DNA of 64,000 nt from an uncultured bacterium (GTDB taxonomy: Bacteria; Krumholzibacteriota; Krumholzibacteriia; LZORAL124-64-63): assembly GCA_963727525.1 (NCBI GenBank), contig CAVSGO010000005.1, forward strand, positions 320,001-384,000. The letters are read 5' to 3'. The position numbers and the translations under genes were made by a program. Below the pieces are notes generated by a model that was given only the letters and a program-made list of their open reading frames with translations, was not told the origin of the DNA and searched no databases. This document shows, in pieces, positions 40,101 to 49,198 of the stretch (position 1 is the first letter of the stretch; each line of letters opens with the position of its first letter).

Positions 40101-41882
40101 GAAGGACGGCTGGAACAGCGGGATCACGGGCGCGTGGCTCACGGCCAGCGCAGCCGGTGTGTCCGTGCGCACCTGCATGGAGCAATCGCCAAAGAGGTTG
40201 TACTGCTCGATGAGCTGCAGACCGGTGCCCGACTGCCCGTAATCGTCGACCACCTTCATGATACCGCCCTGCACGAGCACGCCCAGGACGTTGCTCGCGT
40301 CTGTCACGAGCAGGTTCACAACCTCGGTTTGCATGACGCACGGCGGCACCCACGGCGTGCTCGTCGACGACGCGTACATACCGACGGCGCCATATGGCGC
40401 GGCCGGCGACCCGGCCCGCAGCCAGGCCTCGGCGAAGCTCTCGCTCAGGGCGGAGATGCCGCCGTTGAGGCAGGAGACGTCGATGATCCAGGGCCAGGCC
40501 GGCGTGTTGACGAGGCTGTGGACATTGCTGTTGGTGTACGACACGCTGCCCCACGAGGTGCCCGAACCGTGTCCGATGTAGTTGACGAGGCTGCGACCCT
40601 CATTGATCGCGGCGGTGATGCCCGCCGTGGTACCGCCCTGCCCCTGATAGATCCGGTCGACGTCGCTGAACGTGTAGCCCAGGAGGTCGTCTCTCAACCA
40701 GTCGGCGCGCTCGGAGTCGGTGGGCGAGCCCTCGTTGGAAGCGATGCCGGTAGCCATGTGGTACCAGTCGGCGCCCGCCTGCGGATCGCGTTCGTACTGC
40801 ACGAACTTCGTCACCTGCGTCTGCACCTGCGTGAGATTCTGCGCCGAGATACGGCTCACCAGGGCGTCGGGATACTTGTCGTTGCCCTCGAGCCAGACGT
40901 AGCGGGTGTCGTCGTTGGCGCCCTCATAGGCACCGCTCCAGCACGGTACCTGCTGCCCGTCGCCCACGAGGATCACGAAGGCCAATCCGGCAGGGCTGTC
41001 GTACCGCGTCTGGATCGCATCGAGAATGCCGGTCGTGGTGCCGCCGCAGGAACTCGAGGCGATCATCTCGACGTCGAGGCCGCGCATCTGCTTCCACTCC
41101 ACGAAGGGCTGCATCGCGCTCATGAAGGCGTCGTAGCAGACGATGAGCATCGGCCCCTCGGAGCTATTGATCTGGTACTTGCTCGCACTGTTGAAGTTCA
41201 GGAACCGATTGCTGTATAGCGCGTGGAAGGCCGCGGATTCCTCGGCTGCGTGGCGCACCTTCGGGTTCACGCCGCCCTGGCCGCTGGTGACCACGTCCAC
41301 GGTGAGGTGCTTGAGGACGCGCAGCACGCCCCGGTCGGCATCCCATTGCACGGGGTAGATCCGCAGCGTCACGCCGCGGTAGTCGCGCACGATGTATGGA
41401 TCACCGATCTCCGTCGGCGCGGTCGGGAACACGCCGCCCTGCTGGTACGGCGCGCCAAATGCGTAGGGTACCGCCGCCGGGTCCTCGGTACGCAGGATCA
41501 CGCCCTTCGACGGTTCAATGGGGTCCGTGGCGAACTCGACGTACTCCGTCTTGACCACCTGCACCGTCGGCGTGCCTTCGTCCGCGATGAGCAGGCTAGC
41601 CGTGACGTAGGGCAGCTGCGGCAGACCGCGCTCGAGGAGTTGCACATACCCGGGTAGCACGATGCTGGCGTAAGTCTTGCCGTCGATGGTCACCGGCGCC
41701 GTGTCGTAGCCGGTGAGAGTGAGGTCCACGCGCGTGCGCTGGCCGTCGAGTTGGGTCGCCGTCAGGCGCGGGGTCGACCTGTCACCACTGTCGATCCCCA
41801 CCCAGGCCGCCTGGGCGGCAGTCGCCGCCACCATGATCACGGCCATCGTGAGCAAGAAACTCCGCTTGAACCTCGGCTCCAT
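37167..41882 (-). CDS. Gingipain-like C25 cysteine peptidase with carboxypeptidase-regulatory-like repeats, proprotein convertase P domain and FlgD/T9SS-like CTD
   Basis: Propeptide; ILVGD; NYIGHGS (His); VSCLNG (Cys); YNLFGD; ITHPYIGDL..L.SP.G; NFPNPFNPQT. Confidence 0.9.
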   Translation of the reverse strand: MEPRFKRSFLLTMAVIMVAATAAQAAWVGIDSGDRSTPRLTATQLDGQRTRVDLTLTGYDTAPVTIDGKTYASIVLPGYVQLLERGLPQLPYVTASLLIADEGTPTVQVVKTEYVEFATDPIEPSKGVILRTEDPAAVPYAFGAPYQQGGVFPTAPTEIGDPYIVRDYRGVTLRIYPVQWDADRGVLRVLKHLTVDVVTSGQGGVNPKVRHAAEESAAFHALYSNRFLNFNSASKYQINSSEGPMLIVCYDAFMSAMQPFVEWKQMRGLDVEMIASSSCGGTTTGILDAIQTRYDSPAGLAFVILVGDGQQVPCWSGAYEGANDDTRYVWLEGNDKYPDALVSRISAQNLTQVQTQVTKFVQYERDPQAGADWYHMATGIASNEGSPTDSERADWLRDDLLGYTFSDVDRIYQGQGGTTAGITAAINEGRSLVNYIGHGSGTSWGSVSYTNSNVHSLVNTPAWPWIIDVSCLNGGISALSESFAEAWLRAGSPAAPYGAVGMYASSTSTPWVPPCVMQTEVVNLLVTDASNVLGVLVQGGIMKVVDDYGQSGTGLQLIEQYNLFGDCSMQVRTDTPAALAVSHAPVIPLFQPSFDVDCGAPGVTCTLYTDGVVHGTGVSDASGHATIDVAMPIASVGEVTLTCFGYNTLTYQATLQAVVPANVSVVPATVPVGTNTDVTVTITDPDTGDGLANIAVWITGYGFTSAPATTNAAGQVQITVSPQYGETLVVHGQEVGEGYEIFGVDLPVTGATPLTHPVIAAGVPSIGLDGSLTPHLEGTVTGSAAESGLTLHVHGGGVDDMASDPGTEVTLAVTPTELSDVTAAIVRAGYQVYETTIPVVAAYGTLAGTVLDGSSQPLVGARVTGFVAGSDPGGTPLFDLTTTAAGTYTVPDDLEVGDYDLYVTKFGYLPYSETYFLMYGANDHGITVENAPAGVLNGTITASEDGSPLDASVKVIRTDTGAVYAETNTDPATGAYATTALPYFDYRLLVRAYRRIPQTVGVTVDAASLVRDFALDPTEGDLLVIDDNGAAKSTSFPAKLYKERDVIAPAYDSPPCRSLAEIVADLEDIGYTATVEAAGATDPVAWSQYDALIVTCGNNLSPLSDATLRSALLAFVANGGHVLLEGGELAYDMQYTDATFFQSVLHCASWTHDSAGHVGVADANHYVMSVPNLIAGPVTLSYSGYGDSDAAIPASGAAMVGNWTNFPTDASVICYDENSSPVGGQAVFFSWNYSAAETAGRKALLHNAVNWLITPEVGDGSLSGAVDLSGSGDNGGAVITLTPGNVTTTTDSTGHYSFPGLFAATYHVVATCDGYTSAAADVVVPSGADVTGVDFTLLPFVTQDFCDDPGLAIPDNNTTGISCPITVNAQGELSNIAVYVDITHPYIGDLDVDLVSPAGIVVRLHNHGQGGTDDDIVGWYPDDLTPYELLAPLVGESIQGVWTLHVVDSGAYDAGTVNSWCVRLGFPEGATPVEDAAVPAVVALEGNFPNPFNPQTVIRFSVPRTQRVDLGVYDLRGQKVTTLVSDVLPAGRHAITWTGRDDSGRTVGSGLYVYRLVADGKTLTNKMLLLK

Positions 41883-42166
41883 CGTGTCCTCCTGGTTTCG
41901 GCAATGCGAACGAATCAGGCGATCCATTCTACCATCCGGGAGCGGCGCACCTCAACGCGGCCCGCGCGGCGCGAGGTTGCCGGAACGGCGCACGCCGAAG
42001 CGCCAAGCAGCAACATCGTTCCGTGCATGAGGTTAGGATGATGAATGCGTGCGATCACACGCAGGTCGTCGCCATCGCCGGCCGCGCAGTCGCGCGCTCC
42101 ATAGCCGACGATCATGCTCCGGGAAAGCTCACGAAAGGATCACGCCCGCCGACGCGGCATTCAGTC

Positions 42167-43398
42167 TAACGTGCCACGAAGAATGTTGACGGGTCCAGCG
42201 CTTGCCTGGGCCCGTCTTCATGAACACCAAAACACTCACTTCATGCCCTACGCTTCCGCCCCACTGCCCCAACCCTAACTGCAAATACCACAAGCCTCAG
42301 CCGCAACCCTGGCCCTTCGCGCTCTTCGGCACCTTCTCCCGAAAATCCCCACCCTACACCGTCCAACGCTACCTCTGCCTGGCCTGCGGCAGGACCTGCT
42401 CAGACCAGACCTTCCGCACCACATACTGGCTCAAACGCGCCGATCTCCTGCCCAAGGTCCACAAGCACGCCGTCTCTGGCGCCGCCAATCGCCAGATCGC
42501 CAGGCTCCTCGACACCTCGCCGACGACCGTCGACAACCTCCTCGCCCGCCTCGGCCGACACTGCATCCTCTTCCATCGACACCTGGTGTCCCAGGCGTCA
42601 CCCTTCGTGGACATCGCCATCGACGGGCTCGTCACCTTCGAGCACTCCCAGTATTTCCCCTACGAGATCGTCGCGGCCGTCGATCGCCCCTCCAGCTTCA
42701 TCATCCACTTCGCCGAGGCCGAGCGACGACGCAGCGGGGCGATGACCGACGAGCAGAAATGGAAACGGTCCCTCTTTGAACAAAACTATGGCCGGCCGGA
42801 CCCCAGGTCGTTGATGCGGGCGCTGCTCGAGGTGCTCTCGGTCTCGCTCGACGGCGCCACCGAGGCCCACATCTGGAGCGACAAGCACAAGACCTATCCC
42901 TACGCGATCGCGAAGCTACGGTATTGCAAGGTGATCCACGAGACGATCGACTCCCGTGAGCCGCGGACGAGTCGCAACCCGTTGTTCGAGGTCAACTTGC
43001 TGGACATGTTGCTGCGGCATTGTCTGAAAGACCACACGCGGGAGACGATCGCGTTCGGGAAGCGACGCCAGCATTCGATCTACCGGCTGGCGATCTTCCT
43101 GGTGTGGCGCAACACGATCAAGTTGCGTCGGGAGAAGCGGTGCTGGAGCACGCCGGCGATGCAGATCGGGATCGCCACGAAGCCCCTGACCGAGGAGGAG
43201 GTGTTGTCGCGGCGGCTGTTCGTGTCGCATATCGAGTTGCCGCCGTTGTGGGATGACTACTACTGGCGACGGGTCGAGACGCGGCCATTGAAGGTGAACC
43301 GGAGGCACAAGCTGACGTACGCCGCGTAGCGGGAAAAGTCGGGCCTGGCGGGAGAGACCTCGGTGCGAAACCTCGTCAACATTCTTCTTGGCACAACC
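42167..43398 (+). mobile_element. IS1-family-like insertion sequence, about 1.23 kb
   Basis: 21-bp IR (42171-42191 and 43374-43394, one mismatch); 9-bp direct repeat CATTCAGTC at 42158-42166 and 43399-43407. Confidence 0.85.
42220..43329 (+). CDS. Transposase (Zn finger, HTH, DDE-like)
   Basis: CPNPNC..RYLCLACGR; RQIARLL HTH; acidic residues in IDG, SDK, FEVN. Confidence 0.8.
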   Translation: MNTKTLTSCPTLPPHCPNPNCKYHKPQPQPWPFALFGTFSRKSPPYTVQRYLCLACGRTCSDQTFRTTYWLKRADLLPKVHKHAVSGAANRQIARLLDTSPTTVDNLLARLGRHCILFHRHLVSQASPFVDIAIDGLVTFEHSQYFPYEIVAAVDRPSSFIIHFAEAERRRSGAMTDEQKWKRSLFEQNYGRPDPRSLMRALLEVLSVSLDGATEAHIWSDKHKTYPYAIAKLRYCKVIHETIDSREPRTSRNPLFEVNLLDMLLRHCLKDHTRETIAFGKRRQHSIYRLAIFLVWRNTIKLRREKRCWSTPAMQIGIATKPLTEEEVLSRRLFVSHIELPPLWDDYYWRRVETRPLKVNRRHKLTYAA

Positions 43399-43401
43399 CA
43401 T

Positions 43402-43875
43402 TCAGTCGCCGGAATCAGCGCTGTCCAGCTCCTGTTTGACCTGGAGCTTGAGCGCGATGAGTTCTTGCTGACGCAGCTCGAGCAGGAACGCCACGCGGTG
43501 CATCAACGCATCCTCGTGGGCTTCGAGCCGGCCGTCGCTGTAGACCACGCGCCACAGCAATTCCACGATTGCCAGCTTCTGCGGCCGGGTGAAGTGATCG
43601 TTGATCACGCGGGTGAAGCTGTAGAGGTCGGTACTGTCGCGCCGGTGCGCTTCGGCCACGGCGAGCAGTTCGGTGGCATCGGTGGCCGAGAGCTGAAAAC
43701 GTCGCGAGACGAGGTCGATGAGCGTGGCGGTCTCGGCTGCATCGAGGACATTGTCGGCATGAGCCGCCTCGAGCAGCAACACGCAGGTGGCGATGCGCCG
43801 GCGGCGAAGCTCGGCGTCGGGATCGTGTTGCGCCGTACCATTGCCCACGAGCAGCTTCTTCAGCCCTTCAAGCAT
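43402..43875 (-). CDS. TerB family protein
   Basis: LLLEAAHAD, DLYSFT, LWRVVYSDG.L..HE. Confidence 0.85.
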   Translation of the reverse strand: MLEGLKKLLVGNGTAQHDPDAELRRRRIATCVLLLEAAHADNVLDAAETATLIDLVSRRFQLSATDATELLAVAEAHRRDSTDLYSFTRVINDHFTRPQKLAIVELLWRVVYSDGRLEAHEDALMHRVAFLLELRQQELIALKLQVKQELDSADSGD

Positions 43876-45079
43876 CGGGTGCCTCCACGTGTCGATGTGC
43901 CTCTTGCGGATGATCCACTTGCGGATGTGCCTCGCGTCGCCAGGTGTCCTTGGGCAGCGTGAGCACCTCGTACGGAATGGTGCCCAGCCAGTCGGCCATC
44001 TGCTCGGCCGGGATCGCGTCGTCGCCCTGGCGCCCCAGCAGTACCGCCGCATCGCCGGCCTGCGCATCGGGAATGTGGGTGACGTCCGCCATGCAGAGAT
44101 TCATGCAGATGCGGCCGCGCACGGGCGCCCGGCGCCCGCGGATCAGCACGTGCGACCGTCCCGAGAGCGCGCGGGGATAGCCGTCGGCATATCCTACGGG
44201 CAGCACGGCGATGCGGCTGTCGGTTGGCGCCACCCACGTGCGGCCGTAGCCCACGGCTTCGCCTGCCGGCACCGGCTTGACCTGCCCCACGCCGACCTCC
44301 CACGTCATCGCGGGTCGCAGGTCCAGCTCGCCCAGCCCCGCCAGGCGCGCCACCACGCGCGTCTCGCGGCTTGGCCAGATGCCGTACGCCGAGATTCCGA
44401 CGCGCGCGAGATCCCGGTGCGATTCCGTCCACAGCAGCGTCGAGGCGCTGCACGACATGTGCCGGACGAGATCCGCGTGGCCGGCCGCCGCCAGCCTCGC
44501 GATCGCCTGGTCGAATCGCGCCTGCTGGCGCCGTGCGAACGTGTGATCGGTGGTGTCCTCGACATCCGCGAAGTGGCTCGCCACACCCACCAGGACGACG
44601 CCCGGCGCTGCGATCTCGGCGAGGGCCGCGTCCAGCTCTTCCTCCCGGACGCCCTGCCGGTTGACGCCGGTCTCCACCTTGAGATGCACGCGGCACGGGC
44701 TGCCCTCCGCCGCCGCCGCCCGCATGGCCGCCGCCGCCGCGAGGCTGCCGACCATCATCTCGCAGTCCAGCGCGGCCGCGGCCGCGGCTTCCGCCCGCGT
44801 CAACGGTCCCAGAATGAGGATCGCCGCGTCCAGACCAGCGTCTCGCAATCGCCGAGCCTCGGCCAGAGCGTGCACGCCGAGCATGTCGGCTCCGCCGTCC
44901 AGGAAGGCACGCCCCGCGATCTCCAGCCCGTGACCATAGCCGTTCGCCTTGACCACGGCGAGCAGCCGCGCCGGCGGGCGTACCCGCTGGCGAAACTGGG
45001 CCACGTTGTCCCGGAGCGCTTCGGTATCGACCAGAAGGCGCAGCCAGCTCTCGGTCTTGCTCGCAAGCCGGGTGTTCAT
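43868..45079 (-). CDS. alr: Alanine racemase
   Basis: AVVKANGYGHG, HLKVETG, VGYG, GYADG, GRICM. Confidence 0.93.
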   Translation of the reverse strand: MNTRLASKTESWLRLLVDTEALRDNVAQFRQRVRPPARLLAVVKANGYGHGLEIAGRAFLDGGADMLGVHALAEARRLRDAGLDAAILILGPLTRAEAAAAAALDCEMMVGSLAAAAAMRAAAAEGSPCRVHLKVETGVNRQGVREEELDAALAEIAAPGVVLVGVASHFADVEDTTDHTFARRQQARFDQAIARLAAAGHADLVRHMSCSASTLLWTESHRDLARVGISAYGIWPSRETRVVARLAGLGELDLRPAMTWEVGVGQVKPVPAGEAVGYGRTWVAPTDSRIAVLPVGYADGYPRALSGRSHVLIRGRRAPVRGRICMNLCMADVTHIPDAQAGDAAVLLGRQGDDAIPAEQMADWLGTIPYEVLTLPKDTWRREAHPQVDHPQEAHRHVEAPDA

Positions 45080-45254
45080 CCTCGACGCGTCCTTGTGCAA
45101 CCGACACATCGGCCAGATAGCCAGCCGACCCGCCACCTCGTGCCTGTCATGGTGGAAACGGTTCGCGCCCATGTCAATGGCAACGGCGGGATCCCCCCGC
45201 GAGAGGCCCCGCCGTCGACACGTCCCAACGCGCTTTCGGCTGTCGTGCAGTCGG

Positions 45255-45761
45255 TCAGCCCTGGTGCTGCTGCTCGGTCTTGGTGTGCGCGCAATCGCTT
45301 GGATCCTCGCACACGCCGTAGAGTTCGAGGCGATGCCGGAAGATCTTGAAACCGTTCTCCTCGGCCAGGCGCTGCTGGATCTCCAGGAGCCGCGGGTTGG
45401 AGAACTCGCGAATCTTGCCGCACTCGAGGCAGATCATGTGGTCATGATGCTCCACCTCGCTGCGTCCCTCGTAGCGCGCGAGACCATCGCCGAAGCGACG
45501 TTCCTCCACGAGGCCGCTCTCGACCAGAAGGTGCAGCGTCCGGTAGACGGTCGCATACCCGATCCGGGGGTTGACTCGTTTGACCTCACGCAACAGTTCC
45601 TCCACCGAGACGTGGCCGTGCATGCGAAAGAACACCTGCACGATGGTGCTTCGCTGCCGCGTCGTCTTCAGGCCCTTCGTCTGGATGAACTCCAGGAACT
45701 GGGCCTCCTTCTCCTTGATGAACTGCTCATCCGCGGGAGCTTGATTCTCCGCAGCCCTCAT
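45255..45761 (-). CDS. fur: Fur family transcriptional regulator
   Basis: T.QR, ATVYRTL, HHDHMICLECG, HRLELYGVC. Confidence 0.92.
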   Translation of the reverse strand: MRAAENQAPADEQFIKEKEAQFLEFIQTKGLKTTRQRSTIVQVFFRMHGHVSVEELLREVKRVNPRIGYATVYRTLHLLVESGLVEERRFGDGLARYEGRSEVEHHDHMICLECGKIREFSNPRLLEIQQRLAEENGFKIFRHRLELYGVCEDPSDCAHTKTEQQHQG

Positions 45762-45804
45762 TATGGACCTCGCTTCCGAGAAGCTGGTGGTACTCGACTG
45801 GTGA

Positions 45805-45819
45805 TGATAACGATAATCC
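45805..45819. promoter_or_regulatory. Fur-box-like operator upstream of fur
   Basis: TGATAACGATAATCC versus 7-1-7 consensus TGATAATnATTATCA. Confidence 0.5.
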
Positions 45820-45939
45820 GCTTTTGATATGGTACCCGTTCCGGGCATCTCGCGCAACTATTTTAGAGCAATTCAATCTTTTTTCTGGCGACTACCCAAA
45901 AATCCACGGAATCGCCAGTGGGGTCGCCAGTTACGGCGC

Positions 45940-46674
45940 TCAGAAGATGCCCACGCGTATGGCGAAACGGCCGCCAATTGGCAGAAAATAGAGATTCTGG
46001 CCATCGTAAGCCAGCAAGACATCCCTGCCGCGCATCAGGAAGCTCGCGGCATCCACGGTGGCCGACGTCGCCAGCCGCGCCCCGCTGAGACGATACATCC
46101 GACCCGTGGCGCTGTCGGTCGTCCAGATCGCCGAACCGTCGTAGGTGAGCCCGTACGGCGAGAAGGCCGGGGCCGTCACGGAACGGGTCACCTGCCCCTT
46201 CTCGGGGTCCACGCGATCGATCCGGGCGCTGTCGCGATCGCTCACCCAGACCCAGTGGCCATCGTAGCAGCAGTCGACGGGACGGTGCCCCGGCAACGGA
46301 AAGCTCTGCAGCACCTCCAGCGTTGCGGCGTCCACCTGGTAGATCAACGACCCACCCTCGGCATCGTCACCGCAGCTCCAGTAGTACTCCCCATCGTAGG
46401 CCAGGCCGCGCGCGAGCGTACCGGTGACGTCCTGACGCGCGAGAACCCGGCCAGAACTGTCCTGCACCACGAGGAACGTGGCCTGGCTGCCGGTGGTCGC
46501 GGCCGAGTCGGCATCCGTGGTGAGCACGGCCAGCACGTCGGGGCCCACCCACGTGATTCCGGTCACCGTCCCCGGCGGCATCGCGAGGCTGTCGATGGGA
46601 GCGATGGTCAGTTCCGCACGCGCCAGCGCGGCGGGACCCAACACGATCAAGCTGAGTGCGATGAAACGCGACAC
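45940..46674 (-). CDS. Secreted beta-propeller protein
   Basis: Signal peptide; repeated GL.YDG..W blades. Confidence 0.7.
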   Translation of the reverse strand: MSRFIALSLIVLGPAALARAELTIAPIDSLAMPPGTVTGITWVGPDVLAVLTTDADSAATTGSQATFLVVQDSSGRVLARQDVTGTLARGLAYDGEYYWSCGDDAEGGSLIYQVDAATLEVLQSFPLPGHRPVDCCYDGHWVWVSDRDSARIDRVDPEKGQVTRSVTAPAFSPYGLTYDGSAIWTTDSATGRMYRLSGARLATSATVDAASFLMRGRDVLLAYDGQNLYFLPIGGRFAIRVGIF

Positions 46675-46738
46675 GCGGCAAACCTCCGAATCCCGTCCAA
46701 AAAGTTCCAGCATTCTCGAGGATCACTGCTCTCGAGAA

Positions 46739-47818
46739 TCATTGCTCTCGACGCCGCGCACAGAGGACGCCGGCGCGCTGCAGCAACACCAGCAGACGCG
46801 GCAGGTCGAGAGGTTTGGTGCACATGAAATCAATTGCCGGATCGTCGGCCATCCCGGAGGCGGCCTCGCTGCCCCAGCCCGTCATCAGGATCACCGCGAC
46901 GGCAGGATCGCACCGGCGTAGCTCGGCTGCCACCTCGAGTCCCGAGCGCCCGGGCAGGCGCAGATCCACGAGCACGACGTCGGCGCTACCCGCATCGTAG
47001 CCGGCGAGGGCGTCTGCGGCCGCGCTGGCCACGACCACGGTGTGTCCCTCGGCCTCCAGGCAATCGCGGAGCATATCCCGGACGCTCACCTCGTCGTCCA
47101 CCGCCAGCACGCGCAACCGGCGCGAGTTGATCGCCTCGCCCACGAGAGGCAGAGTCAGGCGGAAGACCGTCCCTTTCGCTCCCGCGCGTACCAGGGTCAG
47201 GTCGCCACCGTGATCGCGCGCTAGCTGACGACAGCCCGCCAGGCCGATGCCATGTCCCCCGCCCTTTGTGCTCACCCCCGCGGTAAAGATCGACGCCGCC
47301 AGGTCCGGGGCCATGCCGGGGCCATCGTCGGCCACGTCGAGCATGACGTCACCCTCATGTTCGCGCCATGAACAGACCACGTGCGCCTGCGCCCCGCCGG
47401 CCTCGAGTGCATTCGTGAAAAGGTTGGCCAGGATCCTGCGGGCCACGAGCTCCGGCACCGCCAATCGCGACGGCGGGCCGTCGCCCGACGCCAGGGTCCC
47501 GACCACAGACGCCCCGGTGCGAGCCGCGACGAGGTCGTGACTCTGTCGCCAGGCCAGCCTCACGACGTCGCCGACGTCGCAGGCTCCGGGATCGGCCACG
47601 ATCGCCTCGTCGCCCAGCAATCCGCGCAGCAACGCCGAGGCATCGCGCGCAGCGGCGGCGATCCTCGCCACGGCCGGTGGCGCCGCGGGGTCGTGCTCCC
47701 AGAGCGATGCCTGGCCGAGAATGACCCACAGGAGCTGATTGACGTCGTGGACGACGGTGCGCACCCGCAGGTCCGGCGCCGAAGATCCCGGTACGCGATC
47801 GGAGGTTGGCTCCGCCAT
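46739..47818 (-). CDS. Hybrid histidine kinase / response regulator
   Basis: HDVNQLL, NLFTNA, DDGPG, G.GIGL, C-terminal receiver (AVDDE, D, KP). Confidence 0.88.
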   Translation of the reverse strand: MAEPTSDRVPGSSAPDLRVRTVVHDVNQLLWVILGQASLWEHDPAAPPAVARIAAAARDASALLRGLLGDEAIVADPGACDVGDVVRLAWRQSHDLVAARTGASVVGTLASGDGPPSRLAVPELVARRILANLFTNALEAGGAQAHVVCSWREHEGDVMLDVADDGPGMAPDLAASIFTAGVSTKGGGHGIGLAGCRQLARDHGGDLTLVRAGAKGTVFRLTLPLVGEAINSRRLRVLAVDDEVSVRDMLRDCLEAEGHTVVVASAAADALAGYDAGSADVVLVDLRLPGRSGLEVAAELRRCDPAVAVILMTGWGSEAASGMADDPAIDFMCTKPLDLPRLLVLLQRAGVLCARRREQ

Positions 47819-47910
47819 GGTTCATGCTCCCGTGTATGCGGCATCTTCGCGTGGCAAAGCCGCAATTTACGGGCACACTAGCAAAGGCCCCACCGACCGT
47901 CCATACGCGA

Positions 47911-48996
47911 TCACGTGAGGCACGCCGCGCCACCTCGCAGGGGCACGAGCGGCACGGTGAGGCGAACGACCGGCCATGGCGAGCCGGCCTCAACGTCGAT
48001 TCGACCACCGAGCACGTCGAGAAGACCCGGCGCGACCATGAACCCTATCAGCCGCTGTAGCTCGTCGGCATCGTCGACGGGGTCGCTCAGGCCGGTGCGA
48101 TTGACCCGGTGGCTAGATTCCGCCACACCTTCGAGGCGTAGGTCGAGCGCCAGGCGGGTCAGCTCGGAATCGGCGGCCGCAATCTCGCTCGCGGCGACGG
48201 CAACGGTGAGGTCCGATTGGAAGTAGTGGATCGCGTGGAGCGTTTGACGTAGCAAGCGTCGCCATTGCTCGCGCGCGATGGCGACATTCTTGCCCCAATC
48301 GCCCATCTCCGCGGACCACTCCACCACCACCGCGCTGACGAGCTCATCGATGTCCTGCACGAGTTCGCCGGTCGTCGCGATCGCCGGCGCCGCGTCATTG
48401 TCGACCATCGTCGCATCGATGAAATCGCCGGCCCATTCCACCGTATGCTCCAGGCGCTTGAGATTGCGAAGCGCGATGTCCAAGAGATCGAGCTCTCCAT
48501 TCACAGGCGCCAGCTCGCAACGACGCGCCAGGGTCTGCAACGCCGCGCTGGCGGCGGCGAGCGGCGTCCTCAGCTCGTGATTGAAGAAATGCAAGTGCTG
48601 GCGCAGGTCGCCGGACATCGGCAGGGCGCTGGCCGGACTCGCTTCCACGTCGACGCAGTAGGCCAGAGCCTCCCGCAGACGCGCTTCCATGTCCTCGCCA
48701 TCGGCGAGCACGGCGGCGGCCACGCGGCGCAACGCAACCGGCGCTCCCGGCGCATCGATGAGTACGAGCGGAACCAATGCGTGTTCAGGCAGGGTGACGG
48801 CAGCACCGTTGATCCACGACGTCTCCTCGCTCCACGCCACGATGACGGCCGCGGCTCGCTCCCGGGTCTGTGCCGCGGGGTGACCGCCGGCCGCGGTGAG
48901 AGGCGCGGCCACGAGGCCCCACCCGGAAAGCCAGGAGGACAGACGTCGCATCTGCGTGGGGTCGGCTACGATGAGAACGCGATTCATCGGCACCAT
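47911..48996 (-). CDS. Histidine-kinase-like protein with HisKA box and degenerate ATPase domain
   Basis: FNHELRTPL; receiver-like N-terminus; no recognisable G boxes. Confidence 0.6.
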   Translation of the reverse strand: MVPMNRVLIVADPTQMRRLSSWLSGWGLVAAPLTAAGGHPAAQTRERAAAVIVAWSEETSWINGAAVTLPEHALVPLVLIDAPGAPVALRRVAAAVLADGEDMEARLREALAYCVDVEASPASALPMSGDLRQHLHFFNHELRTPLAAASAALQTLARRCELAPVNGELDLLDIALRNLKRLEHTVEWAGDFIDATMVDNDAAPAIATTGELVQDIDELVSAVVVEWSAEMGDWGKNVAIAREQWRRLLRQTLHAIHYFQSDLTVAVAASEIAAADSELTRLALDLRLEGVAESSHRVNRTGLSDPVDDADELQRLIGFMVAPGLLDVLGGRIDVEAGSPWPVVRLTVPLVPLRGGAACLT

Positions 48997-49040
48997 CCGG
49001 TTGCGGATCGCCCGCGGTGAAGACTGACGGGGAACGATCG

Positions 49041-49055
49041 GCAAGGGACATGCCA
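49041..49055 (-). promoter_or_regulatory. Sigma54 -24/-12 promoter
   Basis: Minus strand TGGCATGTCCCTTGC (GG-N10-GC). Confidence 0.65.
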
Positions 49056-49198
49056 TGGGTACGGCCGCGGAATTCCGCGCCCGCCGTTCGCCCCGCCGCG
49101 GCGTTATCGGGTACGACAGGGAATCCCCGCGACGCCTCGTGCACGCGCACGGGTCGCGCCAACCGGATCGGCACTGGCAAAATGCCGTGGCCGTCGCG

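Noticed and set aside
43402-43875. Tellurite resistance operon
   Set aside because: Solitary TerB-family gene; no other ter genes
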